Part shown: piece after piece, positions 8,654 to 15,907 of the stretch
Layout of the letters: the number at the start of each line of letters is the position of its first letter
How positions within the stretch are numbered: the stretch's first letter is position 1
Assembly (NCBI GenBank): GCA_964633905.1
Contig: CAZWIT010000005.1
Coordinates: forward strand, 26,610-90,609
DNA from: an uncultured Gammaproteobacteria bacterium
GTDB taxonomy: Bacteria > Patescibacteriota > Patescibacteriia > UBA1558 > GWA2-36-10
Direction of reading: 5' to 3'
Length of the DNA stretch: 64,000 bases
Made by a program: the position numbers and the translations under genes
The notes under the pieces: generated by a model
Seen by the model: only the letters and a program-made list of their open reading frames with translations
Databases searched by the model: none
Told to the model about the DNA's origin: nothing

Positions 8654-9346
8654 CTACCAACCTTTATTAGCAAGAGCCGCAGCTGCAGCCTCGGTCTGAG
8701 CTTCTTGCTTGCTATAACCCTCGCCTTCAGCAATTAATTCTTTATCAAGGTAAACGCCAATTACAAATTTCTTGTGATGATCAGGACCAGATTCTGATAA
8801 TACCTTATAACGTGGAGTAATACCAACTTTTTCTTGAGACTTTTCTTGAAACAGACTCTTGGCATCCACATAAGATTTATCAGCAATCAACTTTTCTAAA
8901 TGAATCAAAATATTATCCTTAACAAATTTAGCAGCTGTTTTATAACCTTGGTCTAAATAAATAGCTCCAATCACTGCCTCCATAGCATTAGCTAAAATAT
9001 AACTACGTGCTTTTTTATTGGTATCTTGAGCTTCACCGCGACTTAGATATAAATAATCATAAAGTCCTAGATTTTCTCCTTGCGCGGCTAGTTGGGTAGC
9101 ATTTACTAAGCCTGAACGCCAATTAGTAAGGACTCCTTCTGGATCTGGATAGTTGCGATAAAGGTGATCAGTAACAGCTAATTCTAAAACTGCATCACCC
9201 AAAAACTCTAGACGCTCATTATGGTCAATGGCAAAATCCTTATGCTCATTAATATAAGAACGATGCACTAGAGCGTTTCTTAAAATATTTAGATCTTTAA
9301 AATCTACTGCTAATTTTTTTTGCAATAAGTCTAAATTCTTATTCAT
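8654..9346 (-). CDS. rnc: Ribonuclease III
   Basis: NERLEFLGDAVL signature and C-terminal dsRBD. Confidence 0.98.
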   Translation of the reverse strand: MNKNLDLLQKKLAVDFKDLNILRNALVHRSYINEHKDFAIDHNERLEFLGDAVLELAVTDHLYRNYPDPEGVLTNWRSGLVNATQLAAQGENLGLYDYLYLSRGEAQDTNKKARSYILANAMEAVIGAIYLDQGYKTAAKFVKDNILIHLEKLIADKSYVDAKSLFQEKSQEKVGITPRYKVLSESGPDHHKKFVIGVYLDKELIAEGEGYSKQEAQTEAAAAALANKGW

Positions 9347-9457
9347 CCCGTTAGAAATTTAAATAATAAAATTTTTGATTTTTGAGGTAAAATTTTGCTA
9401 ATAAACTTATGCGCATATTGCTAAACATTGTTTAGTGAATTTCGTACGGGATTCATA

Positions 9458-10327
9458 TTATTCTAAACCTAGTTTAGCCAAACCTTTGTGAAAAATATCT
9501 TTAGCATTTTCATAGCCAAAAGTAGAGAGAGCTTCTGACTGACTAAACCATTTTACTTCTTTAATTTCTGTAACATCTGCCGCGGGTTGAACTAACTCTG
9601 TATCTTTAGCTTCTACTAAATAATATTTTATCAATTTACGAAAAGGTTTAGCATCTGGCTTATGCACCTTTACTTCGGTTTCACCTAAATATTCAATAAC
9701 TTTTAATTTTTGCAAACCAGTTTCTTCTCTGAGTTCTCGTAGAGCTACCGTTTCCAAAGTTTCACCCTCTTCAACATGGCCCTTAGGGAAAGTCCATTTA
9801 CCATAAGCATCAAGCACTAAACAAAAATTATAGCCGAGCTCTGTTTTGTGATAAACCATACCGCCAGCAGAAATTTCTTTTATACCTTGGCTAGCCAGAG
9901 TTTGTTTTTCACCTTTACTCATCATTTCTTTATAAATGCTACCTAAAACACCATTAACAAATTTACCACTAGCATCACCGCCAAAAGCTTTAGCAAGCTC
10001 AATAGCCTCGTTGATTGCTACCTTGGGCGGTATTTCTTGGGATACTTTTAATTCATAAATGCCAATGCGTAAAACATTACGATCAACCATAGTAATCTGG
10101 TCTAGTGGCCATTCTGGTGCAAATTGGACAATTAATTTATCAATTTCACGTCTATTTTTAACCACTTGACGAACCAAATTTAAAGCAAATCCCTGATCGT
10201 CAAAATCAGGGGCAAATTCTTGCTGATCATAATCCAAAGACTCCAATACATCATGCTCAGCATTGGTAAAATCCCATTCAAACAAAGCCTGCAAAGCAAT
10301 GGTCCTAGCTAAGTGTCTGTTGGCCAT
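9458..10327 (-). CDS. nusB: Transcription antitermination factor NusB fused to a C-terminal Nudix hydrolase
   Basis: RHLARTIALQALFEWD...VAINEAIELAKAFG...FVNGVLG, then Nudix box KGHVEEGETLETVALRELREETG. Confidence 0.92.
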   Translation of the reverse strand: MANRHLARTIALQALFEWDFTNAEHDVLESLDYDQQEFAPDFDDQGFALNLVRQVVKNRREIDKLIVQFAPEWPLDQITMVDRNVLRIGIYELKVSQEIPPKVAINEAIELAKAFGGDASGKFVNGVLGSIYKEMMSKGEKQTLASQGIKEISAGGMVYHKTELGYNFCLVLDAYGKWTFPKGHVEEGETLETVALRELREETGLQKLKVIEYLGETEVKVHKPDAKPFRKLIKYYLVEAKDTELVQPAADVTEIKEVKWFSQSEALSTFGYENAKDIFHKGLAKLGLE

Positions 10328-10334
10328 TTTATAT

Positions 10335-10505
10335 TTATTTTATTTTTTTCTCACCTTTGTAATAGCCACATTTAGCACAAGCTCGGTGTGGCATAATAGT
10401 TGCTCCACAATTTGAGCATTTGGTAGTGCTTTTTGGTTTTAAAGCAAAGTGTGAAGCTCGACGACGAGCTGATCCTTTTGTTCTTTTCTGTGTTTGTAAA
10501 GCCAT
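10335..10505 (-). CDS. rpmF: 50S ribosomal protein L32
   Basis: Hand translation MALQTQKRTKGSARRRASHFALKPKSTTKCSNCGATIMPHRACAKCGYYKGEKKIK (56 aa, below the track cutoff). Confidence 0.95.
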   Translation of the reverse strand: MALQTQKRTKGSARRRASHFALKPKSTTKCSNCGATIMPHRACAKCGYYKGEKKIK

Positions 10506-10654
10506 AAATAGATATTTACGATTAAAATTATTGACCAGATTGTACCCGAAAAAAATAATATGGTCAAGAATAGTTTTTTTAGTCTTATCTGGCCTTAATT
10601 ATAACATTATATTTTATCCTTGACAATAGTAAAAAAACGTGATATTATTGTTTA

Positions 10655-10853
10655 TCGATAAACAAAAACTAAAAAAATAGCTTATTTACAGCTAGTTCAT
10701 GAAATTTTCCCAGGCAACTGTGTCCACGACAAGCATGGGAATCATTTTTTCTGATCCTATTTGGTTCCGACTGAATATTTTCAAAAAATGGTTTTCTTGG
10801 GCACAGTTATTTGGGAAAATTAAAAAACCGCCCCTAATAAAGGCGATTTTTTT
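10655..10853 (+). ncRNA. Candidate rod-shaped ncRNA 'c' (core 10703-10821)
   Basis: Promoter TTGACA-17-TATTAT (10620-10648). AAUUUUCCCAGGCAACUGUGUCCA pairs with UGGGCACAGUUAUUUGGGAAAAUU using G-U pairs that form only on +. Inner stem GAAUCAUUUUUU/AAAAAAUGGUUU. Bidirectional terminator 10822-10853. Confidence 0.65.
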
Positions 10854-10862
10854 ATTTAAAAA

Positions 10863-12770
10863 TTAATTAGTGCTAGTAGCCGGTGGTAAAACTGGAGGCG
10901 TAGTAGTACTACCAGGTACTACTGGTACTCCGCCATTTGCTTCAGCATCAATTTCTTCTTGGGTAGCGCCAACTAAACAAACTTCTTGCCAAGGCACATA
11001 ATGACTGGTAAAAGTTACTTTAGTAGCTTCTGCCTCTCCAGCTTTTTGCACAAAATAATCAAATTTAGCATCAGCACCGTTGTGCGCTCTTTCAGTACAT
11101 TTAATTTGCCCGACTGGCAGGGTTGTAGTTTTGCTTACTTTTTTTGCTGGTGGCGCTACTTGATTATAAATAATAGGCTTAGTAGTACTAGCCACACGAC
11201 CATCGGGTGTTCCCCAAAAATCAAAATAAATTTTCATACCCTCTATCCGTGATTGTATCAAAATATAATGACCCGTATCATTGATAAATTTTAAATCTGG
11301 TTTAGGCGAATAAATAGTAGCATCCATACCCGCTGGCTCATAATAAACTACTCGATAAGAATGATTGCGCCTTTCCGTAATAGGTAAGCCAGTGCCTAGA
11401 GCGGCTCGAAAAACTGTCGTGCCAATCTGACACAAACCACCACCATATTCGGGAACAGTTTTGTTGCCTTTAATAACTAGTTCTTGTTTATAACCATGCT
11501 CTCCATCAATTTCTCCCAAAGCAGTGATTAAAGAAAATTCTTCATCTGGTCTAATAAGTAATCCATTTAAAGATTCCGCCCCTACTTTAATATTGTGAAC
11601 ACGATTAACTGGACTACCCGTAAAATCAGATTCGCCAGTACCAATGACTTTTTTAATACCTAAGTCATTTACATCACCATTCATCACTCTTGGTTCTATT
11701 ACTTCTGTTGCCAAAGCTATTTTTAATTCAGCCTTATTATCATTTAAAACTTTATTTAAATTATCCAGCAGCTCTGTTTGCTTAATAGCCCTACCTTGCT
11801 GGCTACTCATAAACTCAGACACTTTGCCATTAGTTAATTTAAATTTTGCATCTTGCACCGGTATTTCTACTGCTTCATAAATACCACTATCCGTTAAATA
11901 CTTTTGCAAGCTTTCTTGATTAAAAGTTAATTCTATTTTATTATCTAATACTAACTTGAGCCAAGACTTCCAAGTGTTAGCTGGAATTGCCCAATCTTTA
12001 TCTTCCCAAGTCAGATGTAAATCACCACGATTAGGTAAAGCTAGTATTTGAGTTTGATGTTGTTTGATAATAGCCGCTGTAACCTGTGGTTCGTCAGCTA
12101 CTATTTTTAATGATATTTCCTTATTATCCAAATATTTAATACGATCCAAGGTGTCTTCTAAGGCCAACTGATAATCGAATGTTTGCCCTACTTTTTCTGG
12201 AACTATCTCTAGGTTATTTTCTCTAAAAGAAAAACTAGCTTCTTGCTTATCACTCAAGACATCATTAAGACTATCGCGTAAAATCTGAATATGCTGTTCT
12301 CGATCCCAAGTATAAGACAATGACCAATTCTTACCTTTAGCCCAAACATAGATTTTATTAACTAAATTCCCTAAACCATTATCAGCTTGCCAATTTTTAA
12401 TAGCTTGCAAACTATTTTCTGCCTGCCAAATAATAATTGGGTAAGAAATATCAGCCGATTCTGTTGAAGAAACCGAAGGTAGAATAGTAATCTTCTTATC
12501 ATTTAAACGATAAACTAAGCCCTGTCTATTAAGTTCATCAATCCTAGTCTGAACCTTAATTTTGGCTTGTTCCAAGTTTAGATTAGAAATATCCACCCCT
12601 CCTAAGCTAGTACCTGGCAAATAAACATCCTTGTATTTTGTATTAATGGAAGCATTAGCTGTCAAAACTATAGCTAATAAAAAAATAAGGACAATCAAAA
12701 TCCACAAAACTAATTTGATTATCTTTATATTTTTATCTTGACGCAAACTTTCTTTGATTTTATTTATCAT
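10863..12770 (-). CDS. VanW-family protein with peptidoglycan-binding repeats, membrane anchored
   Basis: NRVHNIK...GGGLCQIGTTVFRAAL...ERRNHSY...GMDATI VanW motifs and an N-terminal TM. Confidence 0.9.
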   Translation of the reverse strand: MINKIKESLRQDKNIKIIKLVLWILIVLIFLLAIVLTANASINTKYKDVYLPGTSLGGVDISNLNLEQAKIKVQTRIDELNRQGLVYRLNDKKITILPSVSSTESADISYPIIIWQAENSLQAIKNWQADNGLGNLVNKIYVWAKGKNWSLSYTWDREQHIQILRDSLNDVLSDKQEASFSFRENNLEIVPEKVGQTFDYQLALEDTLDRIKYLDNKEISLKIVADEPQVTAAIIKQHQTQILALPNRGDLHLTWEDKDWAIPANTWKSWLKLVLDNKIELTFNQESLQKYLTDSGIYEAVEIPVQDAKFKLTNGKVSEFMSSQQGRAIKQTELLDNLNKVLNDNKAELKIALATEVIEPRVMNGDVNDLGIKKVIGTGESDFTGSPVNRVHNIKVGAESLNGLLIRPDEEFSLITALGEIDGEHGYKQELVIKGNKTVPEYGGGLCQIGTTVFRAALGTGLPITERRNHSYRVVYYEPAGMDATIYSPKPDLKFINDTGHYILIQSRIEGMKIYFDFWGTPDGRVASTTKPIIYNQVAPPAKKVSKTTTLPVGQIKCTERAHNGADAKFDYFVQKAGEAEATKVTFTSHYVPWQEVCLVGATQEEIDAEANGGVPVVPGSTTTPPVLPPATSTN

Positions 12771-12984
12771 CCGAGTTCAATAATTCATTTAACAATTCTT
12801 TTTTATTTTCTAGGGAACTTAATAATGGGACCGAATCCATAGCTAGATAAACAATTTTCTGTCTATCAAAATCTCCAGGGAAAATATCGGCTGGAATTGC
12901 TATTTCAAAACCGTTATCAGTTGCAAAAATAAAATTTCCATTTTGCTCTTTGCTAAATTTTAGCAACAAATTTTTAATCACCAT
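12760..12984 (-). CDS. Small hypothetical protein
   Basis: 74-aa ORF closely coupled to the hsp20 and vanW-like genes. Confidence 0.65.
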   Translation of the reverse strand: MVIKNLLLKFSKEQNGNFIFATDNGFEIAIPADIFPGDFDRQKIVYLAMDSVPLLSSLENKKELLNELLNSDDK

Positions 12985-12988
12985 AAAA

Positions 12989-13510
12989 TTATTCTTCTGC
13001 TTGAACCTTGATATTAATATCCTTATTACTTTTTGGCAAACTAATAGTTAAAACTCCGTTACGGATAGTGGCCTTTATTTTTTCAGCATTTACTGGTACT
13101 GGTAAAATAATTGAGCGTGAGAAACCACCCCAATAGCATTCCTGATAAAAATAATCTTCCTCGTCAATGGTGGTGTCTTTTTGTCTTTTGCCACGAATCG
13201 TCAACATGTCATTATCAAAAGTAATATCAATATCCTCTGGTTCGACTCCGGCAATAGTAGACTTGATAATGATATTATGTTTATCTTGCCAAACATCAAC
13301 TGAAAGCTGACCATCCTCACTTAACTCTTCTGTTTCACTTTCTTCATCTTGGTCAAAATCATCATCGCTAAGATTAAGCTCTTCTTTATCTTTTACTGCT
13401 TCGGATAGATTTTGTTCTTGTGGTGATTCATCAACAACATTAATACCATCAAGCTCTTCTTGCTTTTCTGTTTGTGAAACTTTTTTATTTTTCTTTTTAA
13501 ATCCTAACAT
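12989..13510 (-). CDS. Hsp20/alpha-crystallin family small heat-shock protein
   Basis: LSVDVWQD...LTIRGKR...ECYWGGFSRSIILP...IKATIRNGVLTISLPK. Confidence 0.93.
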   Translation of the reverse strand: MLGFKKKNKKVSQTEKQEELDGINVVDESPQEQNLSEAVKDKEELNLSDDDFDQDEESETEELSEDGQLSVDVWQDKHNIIIKSTIAGVEPEDIDITFDNDMLTIRGKRQKDTTIDEEDYFYQECYWGGFSRSIILPVPVNAEKIKATIRNGVLTISLPKSNKDINIKVQAEE

Positions 13511-13620
13511 AAAATTAAAATGTTTATGCCTATATTATAATTTTTTATAGTATTTTTGTAAAGAAAAAATGGGGCTGAGGGATCTCAGCACCCATAGATG
13601 CATTAAATAATGTTTTATTG

Positions 13621-13971
13621 TTATTTAAACTCTTTAACGCTAGTTGACCTAGACAATAGTTTCCTGTCTATATGTCTTTCCAAGGAATAGAGCTCGCTAT
13701 CAAAAACACCCGGCGACTTAGGCCACAGTACGTCCTTATTATTATTTAAAACATCCTTAAAGCTTTCTAGCTGCTCTGCAGACATATGGTGTAAATATTT
13801 TTTATCCAGCATTCTAATTACCGACAAACGACTAGTCACAGAAAGACTATTGTTTGCAGCTGCGCGTATAAGTTTATTAATCAAAATCGATCTTTTTACC
13901 TTGAATTCACAAAGTCTCTGAATCAAAAAAATCAAAATAACTATAATAAGTAATGCCAAAAAGAACCTCAT
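13621..13971 (-). CDS. Hypothetical membrane-anchored protein (cassette)
   Basis: Start reassigned to ATG 13971 after GAGGAG. Promoter TGGACA-17-TATATT (14060-14032), boxA-like GTTCATTGAAA, terminator 13571-13593. Confidence 0.7.
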   Translation of the reverse strand: MRFFLALLIIVILIFLIQRLCEFKVKRSILINKLIRAAANNSLSVTSRLSVIRMLDKKYLHHMSAEQLESFKDVLNNNKDVLWPKSPGVFDSELYSLERHIDRKLLSRSTSVKEFK

Positions 13972-14183
13972 AACAAGCTCCTCGGTTAGGGTGAATCTAA
14001 CGGGCTTTTCAATGAACTTTCTTAACATAAAAATATACTACCTTTATTGATCTTTGTCCAATACCATCTATCTGCCCAATGCTATCTACCATTTAAAACT
14101 CTTGACCAATTTGGCAAATTTAGCTAGTGTGTTATATTAAATCTGAAGCAATTTCGCTCGTTCTTTAAAGGAGGTGTCACCAA

Positions 14184-14405
14184 ATGCCAAGAACTCTAAG
14201 CGTCAGAAGACAAATTAAGCAACTATTTATTACCCTGACTATTGTTTGTCTAATACAAATTATCTGTTCTTTTTTGCCTAATGACCTGGGCCTACGCCTA
14301 GGCTTGGGCACTTGCATTTTTGGTGGCTTGCTAATCCTCTTACAAATATTAGTGCTCTGTCTGCTCGTCCGCCAGAATTCACTTGGGCGTGATAAGCACG
14401 CCTAA
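14184..14405 (+). CDS. Small two-TM hypothetical protein (cassette)
   Basis: TTGACC-17-TAGTGT (14102-14130), GTTCTTTAAAGGAGG leader, terminator 14493-14526. Confidence 0.7.
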   Translation: MPRTLSVRRQIKQLFITLTIVCLIQIICSFLPNDLGLRLGLGTCIFGGLLILLQILVLCLLVRQNSLGRDKHA

Positions 14406-14586
14406 GCGCGCGCCTAAAAGTGTGTGGGGCACAAAGCGGGTGCGCAATACATTAACCCAAACCGGTTAAGAAGGGGTGAGCCAACAGGGATAGACCCCGC
14501 TACGTTCAACGTAACGGGGTTTTTTATTTTAAAAATGCTCTGCTTCGCGAAGAAGCAGAGCAAATACTCAAACGCTATCAATAGAC

Positions 14587-14994
14587 TTATTCCAAATAAA
14601 CAAAAAATGTCAGTTGTTTGAGTTGCCCTAAAAAGGAAATACTCAAAAACTCAGCATCGCCTTTTATCGGCATTGAAATAACTGTCCAGTTCTGGTCAGC
14701 TATCTCTAAACAGCAAACATTCCAATCCAAATGAAACTTAAGCCGGTATTCATCTACTTCCTGGCTTTGACTTGGGTCCAAAGGATGACTAAAAACAAAA
14801 TGTAACCAACCTGGTTCAAAAACCAATAGGTACTCAAAAGTCTCTTGGTAAGGAGGCCCGATAATGCCCCTGCCTCTGGCTAAATTTTGATATTTATCAC
14901 TAAAAGCCTGATAATCAGGGATAACTGACTCATGATTTGCTAAAACACAAGTAACAGAAAACAATAGATAAAGAAGAGCCAAACAAAGCTTCAT
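14587..14994 (-). CDS. Secreted hypothetical protein (cassette)
   Basis: Signal peptide, SD AGGAGG, TGGACA-17-TAGTTT promoter (15078-15050), GTTCCTTGTAA motif, terminator 14536-14562. Confidence 0.7.
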   Translation of the reverse strand: MKLCLALLYLLFSVTCVLANHESVIPDYQAFSDKYQNLARGRGIIGPPYQETFEYLLVFEPGWLHFVFSHPLDPSQSQEVDEYRLKFHLDWNVCCLEIADQNWTVISMPIKGDAEFLSISFLGQLKQLTFFVYLE

Positions 14995-15117
14995 AAGCGC
15001 ACCTCCTGTGCTGTTTATTGGACTTACAAGGAACGGGAAACAATTATCTAAACTAGCAAAAAAAGTGTTTTTTGTCCAATCATAAAACCACCTTAATGGT
15101 GGCCTATAAAATAAGGA

Positions 15118-15194
15118 TGGTGGGCATAAGAGGACTCGAACCTCTGACCCCTACAATGTCAATGTAGTGCTCTAACCAGCTGAGCTATATGCCC
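15118..15194 (-). tRNA. tRNA-Val(GAC)
   Basis: Cloverleaf GGGCATAT...; anticodon arm CTACA-TTGACAT-TGTAG, GGTTCGAGTCC T-arm, encoded CCA. Confidence 0.96.
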
Positions 15195-15216
15195 TTAATA
15201 AAAAATAAAATGTACT

Positions 15217-15720
15217 CTATCTAATGTATAAATACATATCTGGTTGACCAACTACTTTATCAACCTTAGTTGCCTGCCAACCCTCTATAGGCCAAACATA
15301 AGCAATCACTTTAGTGCCTGGCTTCAATTCTTTTTCTAATTTTTGTTTTAACTCTGGATAAACTCTAGGAATCAAAAAGAAATATACTACATCTGCATCA
15401 CTCAAGTCAACCATCCAAAAATCTCTAAATTTAATTTGGGCCTTACTCCCAGAAAACAACTTTCTTAAGCAAGCAAGTAAAAATGGTATAACGGAAATTT
15501 CTAAACCAATTGACTTAGCATCAAGTTTGGCTGCTGCCATAACTAAGCGCCCATCACCACAACCTAAATCATAAACTGTTTGTCCTGCTTTGATTTCAGC
15601 TAAGGCTAAAAACCTTTTAATATCTTTTTGCCAAGTAGGCACCCAGCCAATACCACGCACCAAAGAATAAACAGCTGTTAAAAGTATTACGAAAATTAAA
15701 ATTAAAAAAAATGGCTGCAT
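15217..15720 (-). CDS. Class I SAM-dependent methyltransferase, membrane anchored
   Basis: WVPT...VYDLGCGDGR...DADVVYFF...LKPGTKV. Confidence 0.88.
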   Translation of the reverse strand: MQPFFLILIFVILLTAVYSLVRGIGWVPTWQKDIKRFLALAEIKAGQTVYDLGCGDGRLVMAAAKLDAKSIGLEISVIPFLLACLRKLFSGSKAQIKFRDFWMVDLSDADVVYFFLIPRVYPELKQKLEKELKPGTKVIAYVWPIEGWQATKVDKVVGQPDMYLYIR

Positions 15721-15731
15721 GATATATTTTT

Positions 15732-15818
15732 TGGTGCTGGGAGAGAGACTCGAACTCTCATTCCCTTTCGGGAACTAGCTCCTAAGGCTAGCGTGTCTAC
15801 CAATTTCACCACCCCAGC
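15732..15818 (-). tRNA. tRNA-Leu(TAG)
   Basis: Anticodon arm CTAGC-CTTAGGA-GCTAG, long variable arm, encoded CCA. Confidence 0.96.
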
Positions 15819-15907
15819 ATAATAAATAACGTTCTATTTATACTAAAAATTAACAAAAAAGTCAACGCTTATTTAGAGCAAAAGTATAAAACTAGCCTAA
15901 GGCTGAT

